NCBI GenBank assembly: GCA_965204375.1
Contig: OZ241986.1
Coordinates: forward strand, 416,001-480,000
DNA length: 64,000 bases
Direction of reading: 5' to 3'
Source of the DNA: Candidatus Latescibacterota bacterium
Lineage (GTDB): Bacteria > Latescibacterota > UBA2968
Shown here: positions 47,578 to 56,502 of the stretch, one piece after another
How positions within the stretch are numbered: the stretch's first letter is position 1
Layout: each line of letters begins with the position of its first letter
The notes under the pieces: generated by a model
The model's input: only the letters and a program-made list of their open reading frames with translations
What the model was told of the DNA's origin: nothing
The model's database searches: none
Program-made: the position numbers and the translations under genes

Positions 47578-48600
47578 ATGAAAATAGAACCTATGAAGAT
47601 GATAGATGATATAACAATTTCAGAGCGAGTAAAAAAAATTCAAGATATCCTCACACAGGAAGGCATTTCATCCAGACCAAGCCATATCGCTAAAATTCTG
47701 GACATCGCTCCATCCTCATTTTCTCGTTGGATGAACAACGAAGCAACGCCCAGGGGTAAGCAAAAAGAAAAAGTAGATTTGCTATATCGGATAGTCTGCG
47801 AAGTAGAACATGGAAATACTCAAGCAAAGGAAATTTTGCATAAACTGGCTGCTGGTGTTTCTTCCGGTACATTGGGTGCCCCCCTGCTAAGTCTTGGCAT
47901 AAATGGGGTCCTATTTGCTGCCGGCTTGGGGTGGCTTCTTACAGACAGAGATTCCATACATAGACTACTTGACAAAGCAACGCCAAAGGAACGTCGTGCT
48001 TTGGCAGAGATACTGGAGGCTGAGAGCCCCCACCCTGAACATATCGTGGAGGCGTTTCAGTGGAATTGTCAATCCATTTTCGGCTATCTTACAGGAAGTG
48101 AATCTACCTATTCTCAAATCGTTCAGCAAGTGGCAGAGAAGCTCGATATTAATCCCCTCGGTATGATGGTCGAAGAGCTCGAGGTTGAAATCGTACGCAA
48201 GGTATTAAAGACAGCTTGGGAGAAGATGTCGTCAGAAGAAAGAAAAAAAATAGAAGCCGAGTTGCGACGAACAGCCCAAAAGTTTGACAAAGGTGGGGCA
48301 CTGGCTGGCAGCGCGAGTATCTTTGCTGCCTTGACAGGCGCGCAACTATCCGGATTTGGCATCTACTTGGCCGCTTCCACTGCACTGGGCACCTTAACAG
48401 GTGTTATAGGCGTTACACTACCATTTGCAGCTTACACCACAATGTCGGGGGCGATCGCTGTAATTATTGGTCCTGTCGGCTGGATCGGCGCTGGATTGTT
48501 CGCAATTTGGAAACTCACCGGCGCGAATTACGAGCGATTGGTTCCTGCAATCCTTTATGTGTCCGCACTGCGGGCAAAGCAACAGGGCAATTTTTCTTGA
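47578..48600 (+). CDS. HTH (Xre-like) domain fused to a YaaW/UPF0174-like domain
   Basis: 'IAKILDIAPSSFSRWMNNEATP' HTH; 'TYSQIVQQVAEKL', 'AWEKMSSEERK', 'GPVGW', 'YERLVPAILYVSALR'; start could be 47560 or 47593. Confidence 0.65.
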   Translation: MKIEPMKMIDDITISERVKKIQDILTQEGISSRPSHIAKILDIAPSSFSRWMNNEATPRGKQKEKVDLLYRIVCEVEHGNTQAKEILHKLAAGVSSGTLGAPLLSLGINGVLFAAGLGWLLTDRDSIHRLLDKATPKERRALAEILEAESPHPEHIVEAFQWNCQSIFGYLTGSESTYSQIVQQVAEKLDINPLGMMVEELEVEIVRKVLKTAWEKMSSEERKKIEAELRRTAQKFDKGGALAGSASIFAALTGAQLSGFGIYLAASTALGTLTGVIGVTLPFAAYTTMSGAIAVIIGPVGWIGAGLFAIWKLTGANYERLVPAILYVSALRAKQQGNFS

Positions 48601-48683
48601 CCGAAATTCCCATAACTTCCATTTTATGGAAAGCAAACATCAGTCACGCAGAGCATAATGTCAATAATCCTGATTCTGAGAAT

Positions 48684-48734
48684 GTGTACAGCCTCACACC
48701 AGAGGAGACTGCTATTGTTGAGGGCAAAAAATGA
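48684..48734 (+). pseudogene. C-terminal remnant resembling a type IIG restriction-modification enzyme
   Basis: 'VYSLTPEETAIVEGKK*' resembles the 'VYxLYxLTxEEIxIVEG' terminus; ATGA overlap with the FRG gene. Confidence 0.5.
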
Positions 48735-49525
48735 TGAATGAGAAAGAGTCTCGCCGCGTTAAAACCCTGACTGGTTTTATGAAATGGGCAGAACAATTCA
48801 ACGATGGACAATATTTGTTTCGAGGTGTCACAAGAGACGATTATCAAATAGAAGCATCCACTTACCGTCGCTTGCAAAATGAGGAGGATAGAACTCCTGC
48901 TAACTTGCTGAAACTCAATCAAAAACTGATAGAAGATGCTCGTCTTATGGGACACGATCAGAAAGATGGACAACAACTATCCGATCTGGATTTGCTTGCA
49001 GAACTTCAGCACTTTGGGGCAGCCACCTGTCTGATTGACTTTACACGCGATGCTCGGATCGCGCTGTGGTTTGCTTGTCAACAAAGCTCCAAAAGCTCCA
49101 AAAGACCAGCAAATGGTAAAGTATTCGCTGTGCGTATCGATGACTCTACACGCTTCAGAAAAATTGATACCACATTGATAAAAAAAGATATTGATCACTT
49201 TTTAGCACAGGATACAAAAGACTTTTCTGCACAGGGTCCAGAAGACCTTTTCGCACAGGATGAATATTTGTATCAATGGCAACCCAAGCATCAGAATAAC
49301 CGCATTGTCGCACAAAAATCGGTTTTTGTATTTGGTAGTATTGAGATTGAAACAGAGGCCGCATGTGTGATTATAGAAAGTGCCAAGCCAAAAATCCTGA
49401 AATCTCTGGATAAATTATCAGGTATTATTGAAGCCAGTATGTTTCCCGACTTTGACGGCTTTGCTCGCCTTCATGCACAGAATAAGCCATACATTGGGTC
49501 TGACATTCCAGGTGAGCCACAATGA
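48731..49525 (+). CDS. FRG domain protein
   Basis: 'YLFRG', 'LQHFGAATCLIDFT', 'ALWFAC', 'NNRIVAQKSVF', 'MFPDFDGFA'. Confidence 0.88.
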   Translation: MMNEKESRRVKTLTGFMKWAEQFNDGQYLFRGVTRDDYQIEASTYRRLQNEEDRTPANLLKLNQKLIEDARLMGHDQKDGQQLSDLDLLAELQHFGAATCLIDFTRDARIALWFACQQSSKSSKRPANGKVFAVRIDDSTRFRKIDTTLIKKDIDHFLAQDTKDFSAQGPEDLFAQDEYLYQWQPKHQNNRIVAQKSVFVFGSIEIETEAACVIIESAKPKILKSLDKLSGIIEASMFPDFDGFARLHAQNKPYIGSDIPGEPQ

Positions 49526-49558
49526 GAACGAGGTACTGTATCCCAATAGGAGAAAAGA

Positions 49559-50227
49559 ATGAGCGTACTGAACGCTGATGTCATGTCGTTAGATTTGGAC
49601 ACCTCCATTGTTGACGTAGCCAGAGCACATAACTATCGCGGCTTTATTTTTCATGAACAAGGCGATTTAGATCGGGCCATTGAAGACTTCAACAGTGCGA
49701 TAGAGTTGAATCCAAATTATGCCGATGCTTATTATAATCGCGGGATTGTTTATGGCAGAAAAAATATGCTTGACGATGCTATCAAAGACTTTAGCGAGGC
49801 GATTAAATTGAAACCGGACTATGCCAAAGCCTATTACAGTCGGGGTGCTGCTTACGGATATAAAGGTGAGTATGACGATGCCATCAAAGATTTTGACAAG
49901 GCAATTGAACTGAACCGACATAATGCTGTTGCCTATAACAATCGCGGCAGTGCTTATCGCAGAAACGGCCAGATTGAGGAGGCGATAACAGACTATAATG
50001 AGGCGATACGGCTGAAGCCAGATTTTATCGATGCCTATAACAATCGTGGCCTTGTCAGGTTACAATTGGGCGAATCGGAAAAAGCCAAATTAGACCTTAG
50101 CAAAGCCAGATTCATGGGGGGAGATATCGCCGAGGCATTTCAGAAAATCCATGGAAGCGTTGCGGACTTCGAGCAGGAATATGGCATTACGTTGCCGGAA
50201 GACATCGCAACGATGCTGGCAAAATAG
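49559..50227 (+). CDS. TPR protein
   Basis: About five 34-aa repeats 'AYYNRG...AIKDF..AI.L.P'. Confidence 0.92.
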   Translation: MSVLNADVMSLDLDTSIVDVARAHNYRGFIFHEQGDLDRAIEDFNSAIELNPNYADAYYNRGIVYGRKNMLDDAIKDFSEAIKLKPDYAKAYYSRGAAYGYKGEYDDAIKDFDKAIELNRHNAVAYNNRGSAYRRNGQIEEAITDYNEAIRLKPDFIDAYNNRGLVRLQLGESEKAKLDLSKARFMGGDIAEAFQKIHGSVADFEQEYGITLPEDIATMLAK

Positions 50228-50242
50228 TAGAAATCAAGAACA

Positions 50243-50356
50243 CGCAGGGGCTACCAGATAATCAGTGAGTACAAGGATCCGATTCCCCAACTGGAGACCA
50301 CAGTAGGCATAGCTGAGGTTGAAGTTAAGCCATCACAGGCGGCAAGGGCAAGTTAA
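50243..50356 (+). pseudogene. Possible HicB-like antitoxin C-terminal remnant
   Basis: Start-less frame 'GYQIISEYKDPIPQLETTVGIAEVEVK...*'. Confidence 0.3.
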
Positions 50357-50392
50357 TCAGGAAATTCAGACACAAAATTCAAAGGACTGAGA

Positions 50393-50680
50393 ATGGTACT
50401 CAATCTCAAAGAAGCTGGCAGCAAGTTCCAGGAATTGGTTCAATCTCTTAGATCTTCTAACGAAGCGTGTGAAGTTAGAAATGAAGCTGGGCAGATGGTG
50501 GCAGTTGTGTTGCCTGTAGAACGCTATCGACTCTATCAGCAGGAGTGGGAAAAGGACTTCGTTGCGGTTGACCAAATCCGGGATAAGATGAGGGACAATG
50601 ATCCCGATTACGTCGAGACACAGATCGTGAAAGCTGTCGCTGAGGTCAAGGCCAAATCAGGAGATACCTGTGCCACCTGA
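50393..50680 (+). CDS. Phd/YefM-like antitoxin
   Basis: 'LNLKEAGSKFQELV...VAVVLPVERY' Phd-type N-terminus. Confidence 0.65.
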   Translation: MVLNLKEAGSKFQELVQSLRSSNEACEVRNEAGQMVAVVLPVERYRLYQQEWEKDFVAVDQIRDKMRDNDPDYVETQIVKAVAEVKAKSGDTCAT

Positions 50681-50684
50681 GCGT

Positions 50685-50744
50685 ATGATACGAGTCGTCC
50701 TTGATGTCAATGTAATCGTGAGTTCCATGCCAACGTCCCCTTAG
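50685..50744 (+). pseudogene. Truncated PIN-domain (VapC-like) toxin
   Basis: 'MIRVVLDVNVIVSS' PIN N-terminus, then a stop after 19 codons, directly behind the antitoxin. Confidence 0.7.
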
Positions 50745-50794
50745 AAGAATATAATATGTTGTAGTGGGCCTTTATTTTGTAGAGGGAGAATTGA

Positions 50795-51397
50795 ATGATG
50801 CTGATCTTTATTTATGGGGCGGTGTGCGTTGCATTCTTGGGAATTGCATTTTGCGTATTCGCTACCATCCGAATGCTCTACAAGGCGTGGCCGCTTCTCG
50901 ATGTCATTGCCACCAACGCTACTAACGACGACAACACTGCGACCGAGTACTTCGTCAACCTGCTGGACGAAGCAGAAAAGAAAATGACCATCTATGATGA
51001 TGGCAATAATATGGAAGGATCAATATATAATGATCCTAAAGTCATCGATAATGTGCATAATAAATTGAAACAGAATCCTGACTTCAAGATACAGTGCTTC
51101 TTTAACTTTGATCACGACCTGCTTTTTAGGAAAGCGTTTGGGAACCATACCCGAGTAGATATTCGGACAGGTGACAATGTAGAATCAAAGGATGTTCACT
51201 ACAAGATCATTGACGATGGCAGAAAAGCGTATCTGTCGCGACACGATTTTAGTGCCAATAAGCGGAACTTCAGACGGATTGATTGCACCAGAGTTCGGCG
51301 CGATCTCGAACATGTGACAAATGCTGTCCTTGGGGAATATAAAAAGGATATTGAGCAAAAGTTCGGCCCATCCAACACTGCGAAGCTGAGCCGATAG
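50795..51397 (+). CDS. Membrane-anchored hypothetical protein, possible degenerate PLD-like domain
   Basis: N-terminal TM; 'LLDEAEKKMTIYD', 'VHYKIIDDGRKAYL'. Confidence 0.6.
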   Translation: MMLIFIYGAVCVAFLGIAFCVFATIRMLYKAWPLLDVIATNATNDDNTATEYFVNLLDEAEKKMTIYDDGNNMEGSIYNDPKVIDNVHNKLKQNPDFKIQCFFNFDHDLLFRKAFGNHTRVDIRTGDNVESKDVHYKIIDDGRKAYLSRHDFSANKRNFRRIDCTRVRRDLEHVTNAVLGEYKKDIEQKFGPSNTAKLSR

Positions 51398-51406
51398 GAG
51401 TCGCCG

Positions 51407-51775
51407 ATGCCCGATTTCCCACCAATACAACTATACGCAATATTAGCCATCGCTGTTACCATAGCATCGATATTTTCCGCATTCATCCGCGAACCAACCA
51501 CGACTTTTGTCCCACCCGAGAGAAAGAAAGTACTGTTGGGGCTGTTGGGATTTTACATCGGAGCATGGGTTAATGTGGTTGGCCTGGTTTGCTACTTGCT
51601 TGGCTACGTGTCCTGGCAAATGCTGGCTTTGGACCAATCACCAGTGGTTCACATTTTTCATCTGGTGGTTCACATTTTTCATCTTGGTGTGCTGGCAGTG
51701 GGATTGTATATGAGCACGTTGATTTTTAAGGAGATGTGGAAGCACCACATAAGCGGCAGCGTCTCGGCACCTTAG
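51407..51775 (+). CDS. Small membrane protein (about 3 TM)
   Basis: AGGAG RBS; three hydrophobic segments. Confidence 0.6.
   Translation: MPDFPPIQLYAILAIAVTIASIFSAFIREPTTTFVPPERKKVLLGLLGFYIGAWVNVVGLVCYLLGYVSWQMLALDQSPVVHIFHLVVHIFHLGVLAVGLYMSTLIFKEMWKHHISGSVSAP
51644..51684 (+). repeat. 21-nt in-frame tandem duplication (VVHIFHL x2)
   Basis: gtggttcacatttttcatct(g) twice. Confidence 0.85.
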
Positions 51776-51812
51776 GCCCACTGAATCCACGAAGTATCAA
51801 TGGCAATAATTT

Positions 51813-51843
51813 AGGCCCTGCAACAAGTGGTGGGCCTTTTTTT
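51813..51843 (+). terminator. Intrinsic terminator at the island end
   Basis: aggccc...gggcc followed by a T-run. Confidence 0.6.
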
Positions 51844-51861
51844 AATACTGAAGCTTTGACC

Positions 51862-52644
51862 CTACGCATTTTCCAGCACATCTCTCATTGCTTTTCCCTC
51901 TTCGCGGAACCATTGCATTAAGATGCTCACATCGGTTCCCACGCAAAAGTGTTTCACGCCCATGTCCAAATATCGCTTCGCGCCTTTGGCGTCTCCGAGT
52001 TCCGCCCGGGGCGCGATGCCCATTTTAAGCGATGTTTCGATCACGTATTTTTCGGCTTCTTGTACTTTTTCCCTATCATAGCCCGTACTTAGAGAATAGT
52101 CTCCCGGTCCGAATTGTATCATATCTAAGCCCGGCACGGAAAGCAGGGCTTCTAAATTTTCGACCGCTTCCTTCTTTTCGATCATGATCGCAATAACGGA
52201 ATCGCGACACGATTGAATAAATTCAGATCCTCCCGTATCCATACCAAACCGCACGTACCGGCGCATATTTACTCCGTGATGCCCGCCATCCGCTGGCGTG
52301 TCAGGTCGTACGGTTTCCACACACGCCGCCACATCTTCTACTGTACGCACGTCGGCGAATAAAACATTTTGAATGCCCGCACCTATGGCGCGATTTGCAA
52401 TGTGTCCACGCGGATCTTCCTCGACTTTGATCATCGCCGACATATCGTCGAACAGATCGATAGCTCGGCCGATATTATCCATCGTGTGTAAATCGTAGGG
52501 GGCGTATTCCGATACGTATTCGATATAATCGAACTGTCCCGAATATCCCACCATTTCAAATACCGATGGCCACGGGCTGTGTACGTGGGTTCCCAGGCTG
52601 GGTTGATCGGCATTGAGCAATTCTCGTAGCTTATTGCGGCGCAT
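51862..52644 (-). CDS. HpcH/HpaI aldolase family protein
   Basis: 'IMIEKKEAVENL', 'QFGPGDYSLS', 'VGTD'. Confidence 0.88.
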   Translation of the reverse strand: MRRNKLRELLNADQPSLGTHVHSPWPSVFEMVGYSGQFDYIEYVSEYAPYDLHTMDNIGRAIDLFDDMSAMIKVEEDPRGHIANRAIGAGIQNVLFADVRTVEDVAACVETVRPDTPADGGHHGVNMRRYVRFGMDTGGSEFIQSCRDSVIAIMIEKKEAVENLEALLSVPGLDMIQFGPGDYSLSTGYDREKVQEAEKYVIETSLKMGIAPRAELGDAKGAKRYLDMGVKHFCVGTDVSILMQWFREEGKAMRDVLENA

Positions 52645-52757
52645 GCTTCCTCCTTGAAGGTGTTATGGTAGGGCGTCTTATTTCCTATGAATACGCAAAA
52701 ATAGCGAGAAAATCCAGTGAACTTCTTTGCACGCATCCAGACCTCGACAATTTTGGG

Positions 52758-52828
52758 TTGCCTCTTGAACAAGATGAAGATATACTATTAGTAAATATTA
52801 TAAAAATTTATTTTTTATAGAATATTTA
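52758..52828 (+). promoter_or_regulatory. sigma70 promoter plus AT-rich palindrome (candidate operator)
   Basis: TTGCCT-17nt-TATACT, then taaatatt-ataaaaa...tttttat-ag-aatattta. Confidence 0.5.
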
Positions 52829-52919
52829 ATCTAAAACATTTAAAAACAGCAGTTTGTTATTTCGATTACTGGGGTATAGCAAGCACAACCAACGAGGTAT
52901 TTCAGCAAAGGGGGAAACA

Positions 52920-54308
52920 ATGTCGAATACCGATATTGCGTTGATGGCCCACCTGATGCGTCGCGCCGGGTTTGGGGCCACGAGAACAGAATTGGAGGAG
53001 TATGTCGAGAAGGGCTACGAAAACGTCGTGGAAGATCTGGTCGAGCCGGAGCGCTGCGATTCCATTGATGAGGATATTTTGCACCGTTATTTTGGCAGCT
53101 TTGAAGCGGGTTACGTCGAGAAATGGATGTACCGAATGATCCGCAGCAAGCGCCCGCTCGAAGAAAAAATGGCTCTTTTCTGGCATCACGTATTCGCCAC
53201 CGGGGTGGGGAAAAATCAGCACCTTCTCGCCTCTGCTCGCCAGATCGATACCTTCCGTCGCGTGGGGCTTTCAAATATGCGGGAAATTCTGATTGAGCTA
53301 TCCAAAGATCCTGCCATGATCTTCTGGCTGGATAACAATGAAAACCGCAAGGGCGAGCCTAATGAAAACTACGGCAGGGAGTTGTTGGAACTCTTTTCGA
53401 TGGGTGTTGGCAATTACACAGAAGACGATATTAAAAACTGTGCCCGCGCCTTTACGGGATGGACATTCGCGCAGCCGCCGCCTCTGTATCCACAGGGTTT
53501 CTACGATGCGAAATTCGTTTTCCTCGAAGAAGACCACGACGATGGGGAAAAGACTTTTTTGGGACATACGGGCAATTTCAATGGCGACGATATCGTCGAT
53601 ATCATCGTCGAGCAACCTGCCTGCGCCAAGTTCATATCCAGGCATCTCTACAACTTTTTTGTCGCGGACGAGCCGCAGGTCCCATCCTGGCATGTGACCC
53701 CGCCTCAGGATCCCGAAGCGATTGAAACTCTGTCAAACGCTTTTATGGAGTCGAAAGGCGATATGCGCCATGTTCTTAGAACACTTTTCAACTCTGACTT
53801 CTTCAAGGAAGCGCGAGGGAAAAAGGTGAAAAGTCCTACCGAACTCGTTACAGGTATTCTGAAGCTGATCGGTACCTATGAACGTCCCGATCCGGGTATG
53901 GGAAGATATTCGGGTGCCACCACGTTAATGGGGCAGAAATTGCTGGATCCTCCGACTGTGGAAGGCTGGCACACCGGCAGGGAATGGATTGATGGCGGCA
54001 CGCTGACTGAGCGCGTGAATTTCGCTGTTCGCGAGGTAAGCGATGCGTCCAAGCCTGGCATACGTGGAATCATCGATCGGCTCAAAGCCGAGGGGCGGGC
54101 GCTCGCTCCTGATGAGTTCGTAGAGAAATGTCTGGATCTCGCAGGTCCTATGACCGTGAGTGATACGACCCGCGAATCTTTGAACAAATTTGCGGAATCA
54201 GGTGGCGATCTCGATCTATCCGCGGACAACGGATCTGAAGAGAGTACTGATCGCGTGATACAGATGTTGCAACTCATTGTCGCTTCGAGAGAATATCAAT
54301 TTGCGTAG
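52920..54308 (+). CDS. DUF1800 domain protein
   Basis: 'HLMRRAGFG', 'EKMALFWHHVFAT', 'NENYGRELLELFSMG', 'ARAFTGW', 'PPTVEGW'. Confidence 0.9.
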   Translation: MSNTDIALMAHLMRRAGFGATRTELEEYVEKGYENVVEDLVEPERCDSIDEDILHRYFGSFEAGYVEKWMYRMIRSKRPLEEKMALFWHHVFATGVGKNQHLLASARQIDTFRRVGLSNMREILIELSKDPAMIFWLDNNENRKGEPNENYGRELLELFSMGVGNYTEDDIKNCARAFTGWTFAQPPPLYPQGFYDAKFVFLEEDHDDGEKTFLGHTGNFNGDDIVDIIVEQPACAKFISRHLYNFFVADEPQVPSWHVTPPQDPEAIETLSNAFMESKGDMRHVLRTLFNSDFFKEARGKKVKSPTELVTGILKLIGTYERPDPGMGRYSGATTLMGQKLLDPPTVEGWHTGREWIDGGTLTERVNFAVREVSDASKPGIRGIIDRLKAEGRALAPDEFVEKCLDLAGPMTVSDTTRESLNKFAESGGDLDLSADNGSEESTDRVIQMLQLIVASREYQFA

Positions 54309-54329
54309 CGTTCTGAAAGGAGGAATAAA

Positions 54330-55466
54330 ATGGCTTATAGAGACCCAATCCTCGTCATTGTTGAATTGAAGGGCGGCAATGACTTCATGAATACAATTAT
54401 CCCTTATACCAACGGCATATACCACGATTGTCGGCCCATTGTGGGGCTTCGTCAGGATGAGGTTTTGCCGATGAACGACACTCTGGCCTGGCATCCCAAT
54501 ACGGTGCCCCTGAAGGAGATGTTTGAGCAGGGTGATGTGGCGATTGTGCAGGGTATCGGGTATCCCGACTCGAGCCGATCGCATTTCAGGGCTATGGATG
54601 TCTGGCATACCTGCGAACCCATAGATATTGGCACTGAGGGCTGGTTGGGCAGAGTAGTTCGGGATCTGGATCCGAAGGGAGAAAATGTCCTGACGGGCAT
54701 TAACTTCGGAAAAGGACTTTCCCGAGCACTGGCCGTTTCTGGCGTTCCCGTGACATCTGTTGACGATCTCGACAATTACGGCTTGATGACCAGCATCAAA
54801 GAAGACCCAAAGCGAATGCAGGCGATTGAAATATTCAAGACTATGTACGAACCCGCGATTGGTACGGGTGTGGTGATGGATTATCTTTCACAAACGGGCC
54901 TGGATGTCATCAGAGGTTCCGATGAGTTGAAGAAGGCTCCGGCAATGTATCAGTCCGATGTGGAGTACGGAAGCAATTCGATTGCGAAGGCACTGAGAGA
55001 TGTCGCGCGCGTTCACCTTGCCGGTCTCGGTACAAGGATTTTTTACACGCAGCACGGGGGCTATGACCACCATGCAAATGAAATGCCGTCACATCCCAAG
55101 TTGCTGACGGAGCTGTCGGAAGCAATCCGCGATTTCTTTCAGGATCTGCGGAATCACAATGCCTCGCAAGAGATTGTCATGCTTGTTTTCTCAGAGTTTG
55201 GGCGGCGTATGAGGGACAACGCCAGTGGCACTGACCACGGTACAGGTGGCGGTGCATTTATCATCGGTGATGGTGTAAATGGCGGGTTATATGCAGAATA
55301 TCCCTCTCTTGATCCCTCCCGATGGGCCAATGGAGAAGATCTGGAACACACGATTGACTTCCGCGGCATATACGCAACGCTCCTGGAACAATGGATGGGA
55401 ATGGATGCCACCCCGATTGTGGATGGGACATTTGAACAGATCCAGCCTTTTAAAGAGGCCGTGTGA
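54330..55466 (+). CDS. DUF1501 domain protein
   Basis: 'LKGGND', 'SRSHF', 'GGYDHH', 'SEFGRR...GTDHG', 'DFRGIYATLL'. Confidence 0.9.
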   Translation: MAYRDPILVIVELKGGNDFMNTIIPYTNGIYHDCRPIVGLRQDEVLPMNDTLAWHPNTVPLKEMFEQGDVAIVQGIGYPDSSRSHFRAMDVWHTCEPIDIGTEGWLGRVVRDLDPKGENVLTGINFGKGLSRALAVSGVPVTSVDDLDNYGLMTSIKEDPKRMQAIEIFKTMYEPAIGTGVVMDYLSQTGLDVIRGSDELKKAPAMYQSDVEYGSNSIAKALRDVARVHLAGLGTRIFYTQHGGYDHHANEMPSHPKLLTELSEAIRDFFQDLRNHNASQEIVMLVFSEFGRRMRDNASGTDHGTGGGAFIIGDGVNGGLYAEYPSLDPSRWANGEDLEHTIDFRGIYATLLEQWMGMDATPIVDGTFEQIQPFKEAV

Positions 55467-55487
55467 TATTGAAAAGGGAGGTGAATT

Positions 55488-56483
55488 ATGGGCAGACCTT
55501 ATGGCCTGTTGCGGGCAGGGTTTCCATTTTACAAGACGCTGGGTATGAGGCGGCTGACGAATTTTCCGATCGATATTGCCCTGGGCAAGGAAGGCTGTCT
55601 CTACATATTGTGTCGGAACAGAGATGCATCGACGATTAGAAAATACCACATTGATGACAAAGATCTGGGTACCGTCGGTCGTGGGCTTACGTGGGCGGTT
55701 GCAATTATTGCCGATAGCGAGGAGAATCTCTATGTCTCCGACGAGGCCAAGCATTGTATTTTGTCCTTTGACAAAGATGGCAAAGAGTTGGGGAAATGGG
55801 GTGAGCACGGCGATGGCGATGGACAACTGAACGGTCCGGCGGGTATCGCCTTCGATGCAGAAGAGAATATCTATGTTGCTGACAGCCTGAATCACAGAGT
55901 CCAGAAGTTTACCAAAGATGGTGAATTTATCTCAAAGTGGGGGAGGTTTGGCGATGGGGAGGGCGAGTTTAACATGCCCTGGGGGCTCACAGTGGATGAA
56001 CTGGGCGATGTTTATGTCGCAGATTGGCGAAATGACAGGGTTCAGAAGTTCACCGGTGACGGGGAGTTTATCTTCGCGTTCGGCAAGTCGGGTAGCGGAA
56101 ATGGCGAGCTAAATAGACCGACGGGTGTGGCCGTAGATGAGCATGGCGATGTTTATGTTTCGGACTCGGGAAATGACCGGGTACAATTGTTCAATTCCGA
56201 GTCGAGGTACGTGCAGAAATTCCTGGGGGATGCAACCCTGTCAACGGTCGCAGTTGAATACATGATGACCAATGCCGGCCCAAATCGCCTGAGGGATATG
56301 GCAGACCTCGAGCCACAAAAGTACTTTCGGCGTCCGGGAGGGGTGGCTGTGAATGGAGATGGGCTGATGTTTGTGGCGGACAATGGCTCCTATCGAGTGC
56401 AGGTCTATCAGAAGCAGGCCATCCCGCTCACAGAAGAGCAGTTTTCCGCGCCGAGACGTTCGCCTACGCTTCACCAGGAATAG
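55488..56483 (+). CDS. NHL-repeat beta-propeller protein
   Basis: Repeats 'G.GDG.LN.P.GIA.D...NIYVAD..N.RVQKF'. Confidence 0.9.
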   Translation: MGRPYGLLRAGFPFYKTLGMRRLTNFPIDIALGKEGCLYILCRNRDASTIRKYHIDDKDLGTVGRGLTWAVAIIADSEENLYVSDEAKHCILSFDKDGKELGKWGEHGDGDGQLNGPAGIAFDAEENIYVADSLNHRVQKFTKDGEFISKWGRFGDGEGEFNMPWGLTVDELGDVYVADWRNDRVQKFTGDGEFIFAFGKSGSGNGELNRPTGVAVDEHGDVYVSDSGNDRVQLFNSESRYVQKFLGDATLSTVAVEYMMTNAGPNRLRDMADLEPQKYFRRPGGVAVNGDGLMFVADNGSYRVQVYQKQAIPLTEEQFSAPRRSPTLHQE

Positions 56484-56502
56484 GCTGAACGCGTCGAATA
56501 CG

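Noticed and set aside
49620-50060. CRISPR-like periodic repeats (also 55780-56200)
   Set aside because: The periodicity is explained by in-frame TPR and NHL protein repeats; there are no identical repeats with unique spacers.
46350-51845. Prophage, integron or IS element
   Set aside because: No integrase, transposase or structural phage gene, no convincing attC sites and no tRNA attachment site seen.
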